64,000 nt of DNA from assembly GCA_016748015.1 (NCBI GenBank), contig JAAOMT010000414.1, forward strand, positions 214,481 through 278,480, given 5' to 3'. The notes under the pieces are model-generated. The model saw nothing but the letters and a program-made list of their open reading frames with translations, was not told the DNA's origin and ran no database searches. Position 1 is the first letter of the stretch, and each line of letters begins with the position of its first letter. The position numbers and the translations under genes are program-made. Source of the DNA: Geosiphon pyriformis uo1. Lineage: Eukaryota > Fungi > Glomeromycota. Shown piece by piece: positions 13,878 to 27,179 of the stretch.

Positions 13878-15503
13878 TTTGAATTTGTTGTTGCTATGTT
13901 GTTTCTATGAAAGAACATCAAATATTACCAAAGGTTTTTGATTTTTTTTCTTTAATGTTGTTAATATCTGTTGGTTGTGAATTCACGTTTTCTGGAAGTA
14001 GTTAAACTTTCAATAACTGAATTTATTTTCAAATTATTTCCTATAATTTAAACTGCTGGACTTATAAGTAGAATAGTCAATTCTGTACCAATTGCTTTGT
14101 GTAGTTATATTGTAATAAATGTCAACTTTTTCTCAAAAATTGCTTGCTAAAAGCTCACTAAAAATGTGTAGTTACTTTGCTGTGAAAGTCAAATTTTCTA
14201 CAGAAATCTCATTTGTAGACTACCTTAATGATTATAATAAAAAAAATAAAAAAAAATGAGATGTTGTTAAGGAAATCGTTTTCTATTCAGGCCTGAAATC
14301 ATTAACAGATTATTGAAATTGGTAGCTAATCAATTTCAAAACATTAATTGGGTTTTTGTGAATGTTAAATATAATAATTAAGAATTTGGTTTTTTAAATA
14401 TTTTAATTTTTATTTGAATTTTGTAAAAGTATATAAAAAAGATGATTTGTTCTAATTAAGATATTTAAGGTAAAATACATTTTCTTGAAGAAAAAAGTTT
14501 TTCTTTTATACAACTTGTTGTAATACTAGTCTTTAAACTTGTACTTTTCTCTTTGCTTTAATTTTAGCAAACTAAAGATATATTTCAGTAAACTACAAAT
14601 TATTTCCACAAATTATTGATTATTTTGGCCAATTTCTGCTAATTTTGATGAATTTTTGATTATTAAATGGTTTAAAGTATTGTGTAATTTGATCATCTTA
14701 ATTTCTATGATATAAATCGGATTATTAATTAAATGATAATATTTGATAATTTGATTAAATAATAAGAAATAATAAAAAATGATAATAATATATACTAATT
14801 AATAATAAAAATTATAAGAATAATTTCATGCTAATTAATAGCTAAAATTCTACTGGTAACAGAGGTCTTACTTAATGCTTAAAATTATAAGAGCAGCACA
14901 GTGTTTTTAATTATAGATACAAAAACTATTAAAAAGAAAATTAAATAATAATATAGTATAATATAATGTTTTTAATAATTAAGCTTAAACATGTTTATAA
15001 ACTTCAAACTAAACTTGAACCAGATTTGTTTTATATATTTTAATTTAGTTTAAGTTCAGTAATTTTAAATCTGATTTAAGCTCAAGTTTAAAAAATTTTC
15101 CAAATTTTCTGTTTGAGTTTAATTTAGTTTAATAGTTCAATTAAACTTAAACCAAATTAAATTAAACATTAGAATCCTAAAGCTTGATGTTAATAAGATT
15201 ATAAAAAGCTGAACTAGAAAGTGGGCTGTGTTTTTGGTGATATTTAACTTATGAGTTTGTCAATAGGTATTATTAGACTATGTAAGTAATAATGCTTTTT
15301 TAGGAGTAATAAAGAAGATTAGTATAAAAAAATTGCTCTTGGTAATTAAAAATTTACCTAATAACAAGACTGTTAGTTTGTTTAATATCTCAAATAAACT
15401 TTAATAACACAGTGATAATATTGTTATAAAATGTTTTCTGGAATTAATAAATATGTGTTTGTTTCTTAACAATATTTTTATTTTATAAAAGAGAGCATAA
15501 GTC

Positions 15504-18500
15504 TGTTATAAATAATTATTTAAGGTATTAAAACAAATAACAAATTTATAACTTGGTGCTTAATAACTAATAAGATGTTGGTAATTTCTGAAAGTTTTGG
15601 AGTCTAAAGATTTTAATTGAGTTTTTTATATAATAAACAGAGATTTAATTAATGGTTTTTTCTGTGAATTTTTTTTTCAGCATAGTGACTGATTTATTTT
15701 AGCAATTGTGTCCTTCTGGTAAACTATCTTTAAATTTCTACTTTTGTTCCCAGGTTTTTTATTAAACTATTTTTGATGTCAAATACTCAGCACTTAATTT
15801 TTTTAATCAATTAGTAAACAATAAAAAAACAAAACAAAAAAAAATAAAAAATTAATAAAAAATTAATATTCTATTAATAGTCATAATTAAGAACTATTAA
15901 TTCAATATAATTAAATATTGAATTCTATCAACATAAAATGTTAATAAAGTAAAATAAATTAATATTTTTTTAATCAAGTAATAATAACATGAATTGGATG
16001 ATAATAAATAATTTTATTAATATAGAAATAATTCTATTTTAAGTTATAGAAAACTATTTTTTAAAGAAAGAAGTATTGTTGATTTTAAACTGAATTTAAT
16101 TTTATTTATTTTTTTAAATTTTCTTGGAATTATTTTTTCTGTTTTTAATATTTTTGCTATATATATATAATTTATGTTCATACAAAATTTCTTGAAATCC
16201 TGCAATTCTTTAAGAGAAATTTTGAAATTCTGAAATCCTAAAATTCTGAAATCCTAAAATTCTTTTTTTTACTATGTTTATTTTTAATTGGCTATTTTAC
16301 TTACTATTATAATTTCTACTTTCTATAAATAACAATATTTTCTTCTTTTAATATTAAGCTCCATTCAGATCTTCTAAATTTCCTAAATCTATACTAGTAT
16401 ACAAATAAGGTTCTAATCTAATGGTAGTTTTTTTTGAATATTTGAGATTAAATCTTGTATTAGTATTATGTACATGTTCTGGCATAATATTTTTATTATT
16501 ATTACTAAATTATTTAAGTTCCTGCTTTTGTAAAAAATCTGGAAGCATAATATATTGTTCAAAGTTTTTATTAAAATTTGAATTATCATTATTATTATTG
16601 CTATTGTGGACAAAGTTAAAACTATTGTTATTGTTATTATTGGAATCTGAATTAAAATTAAATTTTGATTTTGATTTTAAAGTACAGCTGTTAATTGGTT
16701 CTTTTTCTTTGGAAATTAAATAGATTATACATAGTGGTGAATTGTAAATAAGATTATAATCATCATAATATTTAAAGTCATTGAGAATTAGACAATGTTT
16801 ACAGAGTCTAATATTTAATTGTTCTAAATACTGCTTTTGTTTTTCTTAAGTAAGTGCTTGATTTTGGTAATAGAGTGGTTTTTTTTTTGGTTTCAATAAG
16901 TATGAAATATATTAATCATTATTTGTTTCTTCTGTAGAAATGGTAGCTTGCAGTTTATTTTTTTCTTTTTCTTTTTTTTTATCATTTTAAGAAAGTATTG
17001 ATGACAGTTTATTGTGCTTATTTTCAGCCCATAAGACTTGATAGACTTTTCAAATAGGTTTTTTTTTCTTTAAACTTGATTAGTGGTGATTGGATGGTAG
17101 TGTTTGTTTTGAAATAATTACAAATAGCTAATACTTAAGTATACTAACTATCTTAATTAAGTTATAGCTCTTGTATAGTCCAGTTAAGTATAGCATTGGT
17201 TTTAAACAGCCAGTCATTACCAATAAAAGCTTAGTATTGTGTGACTTTCATGACTAAAATCTTAATTAACACAATAATGCTATTAATTTTACAAAAGAAG
17301 TTATTAATTTTGCTAATAAGAGTTTTTGGTGCTTTATTGGTTATAATAATTCTGGTACTAACAGTATAATCAACTCAGTAATCTAATTGGTTTATGAATT
17401 GTTATGTAATAATGCTGCCTGCTAACTTACTATCAAAGATTAACTTGATAAATTGGCCATCAACTTTGGCATCTATGTATATTACAGTAATTAATTTAGC
17501 ATCAAAAGTGGCTTTACTAAATAGAAGTGTTATTGCTAATTTTTCTAATTTGAAAGAAAAAATAACCAAAAATAACTCATCTTTAATAACTGTTACTGAT
17601 AAAATATTGTTAGTAAATAGTGTTAAATTGGTTTTTAAGTTGTTAAATAATTTGTTTTTTGGAGTAACTAAGAGGCTTAAATAGTTTTGTAAATATGTGT
17701 TTTGAGTGTATCTACTTCCCAAACTCTGCTGGTGTAATTCTAATGACTGATTTAAGAAACTAAAAATTGGTTGGTATATAATTATTGCTAATTACCAGTC
17801 CTGTTAAGTGTGTATAATTCTTAGCTTTTGGTTTCTGGTTAATATTTGAGCTAAGTTTTGTGGTAGTATTTGAATTGGTTAAAGTTAATAAATTACTTGT
17901 GACTATAGTTGATAAATTACCAGTACTAGAATCTAATAAATTGAAGATATGTATATAAATTATTGTATCATTTAGAAGTAATAAAATTGATACTGGTATA
18001 ATCTCAATGATAAATTGTTGGTGTAATTCTGGGTTTAAAATCTGCAATTGGGATTTTGATATTAATTTCTTAATTGTTAGTTATTAAATTTAGAGTGACA
18101 ATCTGCTTTTAAATATTATTACTCATAGAAAAAAAATACAAGAAAAATAATAAAAAAAATAAATAAAAAAATAAACTAATAAGAGAATAGTATTTAGTAT
18201 ATGAGCATATTATCAGTAAATTAAAACATATTGCTTAGCAATATAAAACATTGTCAGAGAATTCCAGCATATTATTTAACAATGAGCATATTATTAGAAA
18301 TTACAGACATATTGCTTGTAAAATTATAACACATTGCTTATGAATATGTAAAATCTCATAAAATATCAATTATGTATATATAGCAAGAATATTAAAAACA
18401 GAAAAAACAGAATTTCTAATAAAAATTCAGTTCAGAATTAATATTCATAATCAATTAATTATATCTTATCTTTTTCTTCAAAAGGTAGTTTTTTACAACT

Positions 18501-19171
18501 TGAAGTGAAATCTTATTACATATCAATAAAATATCAATTATTATCTGAATCTATATTATTATTATTTGATTAAAAAATATTTATCATCTTTATTTTATTA
18601 ACACTCCATATTGATAAAATCCAATACTTAATTATATTAGAACAATAGCTCTTAATTACAACTATTAACAGAATATTAATTTCTGATTTTTTTTTATTTT
18701 TTTTTATTTTCTTTTGTTGTTTGCTAATTTATTAACTAATTAAAAAGATTAAGTTTTAAGTAATTTGATGTTAAGAATTAATCTGGTAAAAGACCCAAAA
18801 ATAAGAATAAAGAACTTGGAAATTAAAGATAGCTTATCAGAAGAGCATGACTGTCAGAATAAACTGGCCACTATGCTGAAAAAAAAATTTAATAGAATAA
18901 CCATTTCAAAAAGCTACTGCATAAAAATTAAATCTTTGTTTATTATACAAAAAACTCCACCAAAACCTTTAGATCTCAGATATTACCAACTGTATCAGTT
19001 ATTGAATACCAAGTTACAGATTTGTTAATGATAAATGTGATTGATTTTAAAAAGAATTGAAGTTTTCTTAATTGTTATAATATTATAGAGACTGATAAAT
19101 TGCTTGATTGTTAGCTAAGTATTCCTTTAATTTTTGATTAATGTTGGTACTGGTTCTCTGTTGAATTATAT
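15504..19171 (-). mobile_element. A0: old, multiply deleted Ty3/Gypsy element (3' LTR 15504-16334; 5' LTR absent)
   Basis: Family A LTR and PPT, then the ORF3 tail fused to the dUTPase start (~16385), protease (ORF 17402-17722), gag pieces to ~19141, and post-PBS sequence at 19142-19171. Confidence 0.85.
18117..19026 (+). mobile_element. 3'-truncated family A LTR inserted antisense into A0 gag
   Basis: TATTACTCATAG start and similarity to 7636-8416. Ends at ...GTTACAGATTTGTT, lacking the last ~35 bp. Confidence 0.85.
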
Positions 19172-22100
19172 TGTTATGGGTTAGAGTAACAAATTAATGG
19201 ATAGCAAGAAAGAACAGATTTGTAAGATAATGAAAGAAATCAAAGGAAATTCAACTTCAAAGAGTAAATTAAATAAGTATGAATTCAATATGTAAGATTA
19301 GTCTTATAAAATATCTCAGTCATTATACTTTCAAAAAGATAATCAGGGAATTTGAAAGTAGAAAAATAGTCCATACTATCAACAAATAATTACACACTGG
19401 TATAATTTTATGTCTTATGTTAGTGCTTTTAGAATTTAATATTAGGTATTAAATGTATTCTTTAGTTATATTTTATTCAATAATCTTCAAATATTACAAT
19501 TATACATTTTAGGAAAAAAGTAGAAAATAACCAACAAGTAATCTTTTATCCTAAGATGTTTAGATACTTAAAGGTAGAAAAAGGGAAATTAGCAATAAGA
19601 GAAAGATTGAGATGAAAGTTGTTATTTTATTTATTTTATTTCCTTGATTTTTGACATGTTTTTCTACAGCTAAGAGATTCATTGCTTATATAGCTATTAA
19701 AAGTGATTAATGATCAGATCAATAATCATTATCTAAAAATAAGGTGGTTAATTATATGACATTAGTGGCTAATACATATGATAACTAATAAAAAGTATGG
19801 ATTTTAATTATAATATTATTCTTTTCAAAGAGATTAAGCTTTAGTGAAATCAAGCTATTCATGAGATAATCTATTTAAAGGGTTTTGTCTAATTCAAAGC
19901 TAACTAATTTGTTGAAATCTTTTGTGGATAGAATATATAATACTTGAGGTGAAATGAGTTTTGTATTCAAGAGATTAAATTTTTGTATTAGAGTTTTGGC
20001 TCTTTTAGCAATAGTTAAAACTCTTAGAACATCTAACTGTATAATACCCAAATTTTTTGCCTGTATCTTTGAAGTTGTTTTTTTCATGAATTTTATATTT
20101 TTTATGATTTTATCAAGGCAACCATAGAGTTTTAATTGTCTTTTATATAACAAATTTTTGTTTATAAGCAAGATTTCTTAGAGTGTTTTTCCAATTGTGC
20201 TGGAAAATAAAAATATTGTTGCTGTTATACTTTCTAGTAGATATTTATCTATTTTGTTACTGATTTTTTCTCTTTTTGTAGTGGTTTTTTTTGGTTTAAT
20301 AACAGTATATGTTCTATTGTTATCAGTTATAATGGTTTGTTTTCTAATGGTCAAAATAGCATTTGAGTAGTTTTTGATTTAATACTTCTGAAGAGTATAG
20401 AAGGTGTTTTAAATGTTTTGATCCAAAAAATAATTGTTCATATTGATTGAAAATACCTCTGTTTTGGAAATAGTGCATTTATTTATACTTGATTTTTGCT
20501 GATCATTTGGGTCAGTATTATCACAATAAGCAACCAATTAGATTATTTATAATATTTTTTGAGTTATATATCATGAACAGAACAATCATTAAAGATTGTT
20601 TTAAATTAATCTTGAAGAATATAAAAACCATTGTTCAAAACTTTGTTGATTAAAAAAAGTCTTTTCTATCAGCTAAAAAATTTATTATCATAAATATTGT
20701 TTTTGTCTGAATAGTATTCTAATACTAAGTTACCAACACTTAAGGAAAGTGTTTTATAGGTTTTTTTCTTCTTAAGCTTTTTTTAAAACTGTTTTATCTT
20801 TTCAAAAGCAATTATTTGTGCTTTTATTAAAAAGTCAAGAATAGTACCAAGTTTTTTTTGCAAAATGTCTTTATAATTTCTTCAAAGAGTATTGTTTCAA
20901 TGTCAGTTTCTATTAGTAGTGTTGTTATGTATCTATAGAGCAGATAAAAAGATTCATAACTTGTTATGTTATGATTTACAGTTCTATAAACAAATAAAGT
21001 TGAAAACAGTACTTTGTTCTATAAGTTTGTTTCTTTACTGGTTTTGGTTAAGGTTTTACATAGTGTTCTATTAAAACGTTTTACTAAGTTATTTATTTGA
21101 GAGTGATAAAAAAAGAAAAATTTATAACATATTCTCATTTTTTTACTAAGTTCTTTAACCAGTATATTGAGAAAAACTCTTTCTTTAATAAAAGTTCTTT
21201 GGGGCAATTATAACAACAGATGATATTTTCATAAATGAAATTGGCTATTGAGACTGCTATTTGGTCTGAAGTGGCTCTTACTTCTACTCACTTTATAAGA
21301 TAGTCAATAGCTGTAATAATGTATATATTACTATTAGGAGTTATTATTAAAGATCTAACAACATTTATACCAATTTTGTTAAATGATTAACCAATAAAAA
21401 TTGAATAAATATCTTCTTTTTGATTGGATTTGCCTTTTTTTTGACAGATATCACAGATTTTGATGTATTTAGCAATGTTTTTTCTCAAGATAGATCAATA
21501 ATAGCAAGTTAAAATTTTCTGAATTGTTTTTGTTTTTTCAAAGTGTCTAACTAATGAGTTAGCATACATGTTGTATATTACAATTTTTTTCTTTAAATTT
21601 GATAACTCTTTGAGTAGTCAAGATCTTTCTTGTTTTTTTTATATAACTGGTTCTGGTGGATCAAATAGAAATTTGATTGTTTGCACAAATGTTTTCTTTG
21701 CTGTTGAGTGTAGTCTGGTGGGTATTGTTCTTTATCTAAAAATTTTATTAGGGCAGAGTAGTTGTTTAAGTTTATTATTATGTTTGTTTATGAAGGAGTT
21801 ACTAATAATTAAATTGGTTTGATTGAGAGATTATACTATCACTGGATGATAAGTCTGAAAAAAGCATCAGTATTTTAATGATTAGCTTCTTTGTAATATT
21901 GAATATTATAGTCAAATTTATCTAGATGGAGTATTTAGTGAGTTATCTATTTATGTTCTAGCTTTTTTTTGTTATACAGCCAAATCAAGACTTAATAATC
22001 TGTTACCACTAAAAATTTTATACCAAGAAGATATTGATTCCAATAACTAATAGCCCAAACTACTGTTAAGCATTCTTGTTCAGTAATTGAATAATTTTTT

Positions 22101-22607
22101 TCTGCTGGTGTAAGAGTTCTACTGACATATGCTATAGCATATTCTTTGCTATTTTCATCTTTCTGTGAGAAAACAGTACTAAGTTTATAGTCAGATATAT
22201 TAGTGTACAAGATAAAAGATTGGTCCAGATCAGGTTGTTTAAGAATTGGTTTAGTAACAAGTTTTTTCTTTAAAGTTTCAAAAACTTTTTGTTAATGAGT
22301 GCCTCAGTAATAATTGACATTTTTTTTGAGTAGCTGATTGAGAGAAAAAGTGATTTTAGAGAAATTCTTGATAAATTTGTAATAGTAAGAAGCCAAACCA
22401 AAAAAAGAGCATAGTTCAGAAACATTCATTGATTGTTTAATGTTTTAAACTTTTTCAACTTTAGCTGAATCAAAAAAGATTCCATCTTTTATAATAAGAT
22501 GACTAAGAAACTGGGTGAATTGTTGTTCAAAGAAAGATTTGATTGAGTTTATCTTGAGACCAGCATTTCTTAAGAGGTCAAAAATCTTTTGTAAATATTC
22601 AAGGTGT

Positions 22608-25600
22608 TGTTACAGGTAATTATTTGGAGTCTCAAAGCAAATAACAAACCTGTAACTTGGTGTTTAATTGATATAATGTTGTTGGGTGTTGGTTTCTGAA
22701 GATTTTGGTTTCTGAAGGTTTTGGTTTATTTAAAAGTTTTTATATCTGAAAGTTTTGTTAGAGTTTTTTGTATAATAGACAGAGATTCAATAGTTGTTTT
22801 CAATAGCCTCTTGGAATCACAATTCTATTGAATTTCTTTTTTAGTGTGGTGGCCAGTAATCTAACAGAGATGCTTTTCTGATAAGCTATCCTTAAATTCT
22901 CAATTCTTATACCCTTTTTTTGGGGTCTTTTATCAGATTATCCTTGATGTCAATAATTTAGTACTTAATTCTCAATTAATTAGTAAACACAACAAAATCA
23001 AGAAAAGAAAATAAAAAAGATAAAGAAAAGATAAAAAAAATAAGCCAAGGCAATTACAAGTTAGTATTCTGTCAATAGCCATAATAAAAAATTATTGTTT
23101 TAATGTGATTAAATATTGATAGTGGAGAATGAATTGAGATAGTAAATAATTATTTATTAATATTTGTGAATGAAAAAATTGCTTAGATTAAATTTAAATT
23201 GAAAGATTTGTCTTTTTTTTTAATGCTACTGCTATATATACATAATTGAGATTTCTTAATTTCTCAATTCTTCACACCAAGAATCCTAGAATTTCTGGAA
23301 TTCTGCAATTTCTTTTGAGAGGAATTCTGGAATTCTGGAATCCTGCAATTCCTAGAATCTTGCAATTTCTCTGAAAAAAATCCTGAAATTCCACATTTAC
23401 TATGGTTACTTCTAATTGGTTAATTTATATGCTAATATACTTCCTATATTCTATGAGTAACATTATTTCCTTCTTTTAATATTGAGCTCTGTTGAGATCT
23501 CCTAATTCTATTTCTCTGTCTTTGAGTATTTCTTGAACTTCTTTTTCGAGAATTACTTGAGTTATTTTGTTCTGTAATTCTTCAAATTGGACATTGATTA
23601 TTTTTTCCATTTAGTTACTGATAATAGAGTCTATTGCTGAATTGAGTAAGATTTCTGGTTAGTCTTAAAATCCAACTTGTAATTGATAGATGGCTCATGC
23701 TTATGTAGTTAGATTGTTTTTTCCCACAAATTTCTTGAGTTGTTGTAGTATTTCTGAATCAAATAATTGCTTTGTATTATCTGTATATAAGTTCTAGATA
23801 TTTAGGTGTTGTCCCAAGTGAAAATAACAAAAGTTTCTGAAAAATTGTTGTATTCACTACTTTCAAGTTTCTTTAGTTAATTCTTAATATGAAGTGGCTG
23901 TTGTTGATTCTTCTATTGCCAATTTTATTTTCAAGATTATTATGTCAATAGTGTTTTTTGGTTTCTTCTGTACCTTGTATTTAGGTATTTTTCAAGTATC
24001 TTTGTATTGAATAGTTTGTTGGTTGATGATAATTTTCATATTTCATTGTTGAATTAATTGAAAAAGTTGTTGTGCTAGTGAGTAAATATTGTCAGTAATT
24101 TCCATTTTTCTGATGTTTTCTGTTATGTCTACTCTGTATTTATATTTTTTTGGTCAATCCATTTAACATGTTTGTGTTAATGATAATGATTGGTTTTAAA
24201 TCTCATAGAATTTCATCTGGTCTGACTAGTATTCTCTGTACTCTCAATTGTGAAATATTATTGGTAAATAATAATGCTATACTGTGGTATGGTTTTAGTC
24301 AATCTCTATGTGCTGTTTTGATTAAGATTTTGTTGTTCAATCTTAATTTATAAGCTCCATTTCTTAGAATTTCTTCTATGTAAAATAGTCTGTCCTATTT
24401 GGGGTCAAATTTTTCATTCTATTGTTTTTCTGCTTTGGTATGATATAAGAGTACTTTGTCTCTAATTTTGAATTCAATTGGTTTATCTGGTAGTTGGTTA
24501 TTGTGTCTTTTTTTTTGTTTTTTTTGTGACTTTTGGATGCTATTAGCTGCTTTTCACCATTTGTTTCTAGTGTTTCTATTAAGTCTTATGTTTTTTTCAA
24601 CAATGGTTTTTGAAAATTTTCTTCTGTTATTGGTTCTGTTGAGTATGTTTTAACTTCTATCTCAACTGGTAATATTGCTATTCTACTATATACTAATTCA
24701 AATAGCGTTGTTTATATAGTGTCTTGTTTCATTGTCTTGTAAACAAATAATACTGATAGTATAAACAAATCCCATTTGTCCTGGTTTTTTTGGCTGATTT
24801 TGGCAATTGTTTTACACAATGTTCTATTAAATCTTTCTACTAGCCCATTGGTTTGTAAATAATATAGTAATAATAATAGTCTTTTTATCCCAAATTTTTG
24901 ACTTAATTTTGTCAATGTTCTATTCACAAAGTGAGTTTCTTCATCTGATAATAATTTTTTTGGACATTCATGTTGACAGATCAAATCTTGATGAACAAAT
25001 TTAGCAATGAATTCTGCATCTGCTCTTTAAATAACTTTTGCTTCTGGCTATTTTGTGAGATAATTCATGGCTACTGCAATATATCTGTTGCCTTTGCTGG
25101 TGATTGTTAATGGTCTGACTAAGTTAATTCAAATGTAATCAAATAGTTGTCTTACTTTAATTGGTCTCAATGACTTACTAGGTTTTTTTTTTCTTTGACA
25201 AATATTACAATTTTGAACGTATTGGATGATATCTGAATATATTGATGGCTAATAGTATCTTTTTCTGATTCTTTCTATGGTTGCTTCTTTGTGAAAATGT
25301 TCTGCTGTTGGATTTGAGTGCATGTTAAATAATATTGTCTCTTTCTCTGATTCTGTAATTATTCTGGTTGGTTGATCTGAATTTCTTTTGTTCTTTTGGT
25401 AAAGTATATTTTGATGATTAATAAAATACTTTGATTGTTGTTTTATGTTGTTTTGTTTTTTTTGAGATAATTTCTCTTTGAACTGTTGAGTATTTATATA
25501 GTGCTGGAATTGTTGATATTTTTGTGTATTTATTTTTTGTTATATTTTTGTTTTTGACTGTTTAAATTTTGTTATATTTTTGGATTGCAATGTTCTTAAA

Positions 25601-27179
25601 TTTGTTTTATTTTCGACAAACCATCAGCATTTCTATTTTTTTTTTCTTTTTTATAATGTATTGTATAATTGAATAGTATAAGTTCTATTTTTTATCTGGT
25701 ATGACAATTATCTCCAAATTTTTGCTTCTGGATTGAAGTTAATTCTTTATAATCAGTGTAAACATCAAACTTTTGACTCAAGTATTCTTTCTATTTGATG
25801 ACGGCCTAATAAATAGCTAAGTGTTTTAGTGCTAGAATTTCATAATTCTTTTCAGCTGGACTTAAGCTTCTGCTGGCATAAGCTACTGGGTGTTTTTGTC
25901 TATTTGGTTTTTTCTGAGATAGTATTGCTCCTAATGCTTGATTTGATGTATCTGTTGTGATTATAAATGGCTTATTATGGTCTGAATAGATTAATACTAA
26001 AGCTTGAATAAGCTTTCTTCTTAATGTATTAAAAACTTCTTGCTGAGTTTCCGTCTAATTATATTTGGTGTTCTTTGTTTGAAGCTGGTGTAATAGTTAA
26101 GCTATTTTAGAAAAATTTTTGATGAAGTAGTGGTAGTATTCTGCAAATCCCAAGAATGCTTATAATTCAGTCAAGTTGGTGAATACTAGAAAGTTTTTGA
26201 CTATCTCAATTTTGTCTGAATCCATTTTGATTCTGTTTTTATTTACTACATGTCCCAAGAATTTTAATTCTGTTTTTCCAAAAAAGCATTTGTTGGTATT
26301 TAATTTTAGTTCTGCTCTTTTTAGTCTTTCAAATACTTGTTAGAAATGATGCAAATAATCATCAAATGTTTTGGAAAACACATTGGTGTTATCCAAATAT
26401 ATAACTACTAATTTCCATAATAGTTTAGTATAGACAATTTCCATAAGTCATTGAAATATGGTGGAAGTATTCATCAAACCAAATGACATTACTTCAAACT
26501 CAAAGTTTTCTTTCTGGGTTGTAAAAACCATTTTCTTCTTATCTTCTGGTTTTATGGCTACTTGCCAATAACCACTGGCTAAGTCTAAAGTCAAAAACCG
26601 TTTTTTTTCTCCAAAAGTGTTAAAAAGTTCTTGAATCTTTGGAGTTAGATAGCTATTCCCTTTGGTTACTCTATTAAGTCTCTAGTAGTCTACACAGAAG
26701 CAAATTTTCCTATTTTTTTTATAGACTAGTACCACTGGTGATAACTATGAACTTATTGATGACTGAATTAATTTATTGTCTAGCATCTAATTGATTTCTT
26801 AATAAATGATCTCATGACTGGCTGGTGGTACTTGGTATGGTCTTTGTTTGATTGACATTGCATCTCCAGTTTTGATCTGGTGCTGGATTATGTCAATTCT
26901 GCTAAACTTATTTTCACTTGTAAAAATGTTGGTGAAGTTGTTAAGTAACATTTTGAGTTGCATCTATTGAAGTGGGTCTAAGTTTCCTATATTTATTTGT
27001 TTTAATTGTTTTGGTTGGAGCAAATAATATTCATTTTGTCCATAAATAGTTTGTAATGTTATGTTGACATATTTACACAGTTGTGAAAAATCTGGAATAG
27101 AGTTTGGTGGTTGTTTTTCAATTTTGGTGGTTAAATATCTAATAATAATTTCTTTCAGTATTTCAATAATGTCTCTTGT
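22608..27179 (-). mobile_element. A1: 3' half of a Ty3/Gypsy element (LTR 22608-23462, ORF3 23476-24105, IN to 25533, RNaseH/RT 25596-~26900)
   Basis: TGTTACAG...GTAACA termini, PPT, integrase ORF 24712-24984, RT YLDN at ~26390. Confidence 0.92.

Larger units (their letters stand above)
9098..14861 (-). mobile_element. B1: internally deleted Ty3/Gypsy element (LTRs 13923-14861 and 9098-10056)
   Basis: Two ~950-bp direct repeats homologous to the B2 LTRs, with decayed PBS and PPT. Gag, protease and Cys-rich region join directly to ORF3 at ~10545. Flanks AAGA/GAGG are compatible with a G>A-decayed TSD. Confidence 0.92.
5590..14910 (+). pseudogene. Intron-containing hAT transposase remnant
   Basis: BED-like SEV*NYF (~5628), FTSDF*..SVIVHYINNNW (~6230), AIILNN (~6940), CFNYILNL (~7047), CSIQ*NSAY (TRWNS, ~7286), KLVKYY..VLDP (~8500), and dimerisation YLAIQ..FS..ITD (~9020), which continues after 14861. 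Confidence 0.85.
5256..15179 (+). mobile_element. hAT-superfamily DNA transposon, decayed, with two LTR-type insertions
   Basis: TIRs TAAAATTCTAAT (5256) and ATTAGAATCCTA (ends 15179; reverse complement TAGGATTCTAAT). 8-bp TSD AAGCTTGG (5248-5255) / AAGCTTGA (15180-15187). Short subterminal repeats at both ends. Confidence 0.9.
1999..15503 (+). mobile_element. LINE-a: heavily decayed non-LTR retrotransposon, split by the hAT element (pieces ~1999-5255 and 15180-15503); 3' part not in window
   Basis: ORF1-like fragments precede an AP-endonuclease. The ORF2 frame ...LDYLVKKDKLVLKLEKVK (to 5255) resumes as KLDVNKII...LPNNKTVSLFNISNKL (pre-RT KAPG-like region) after 15180. Confidence 0.85.
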
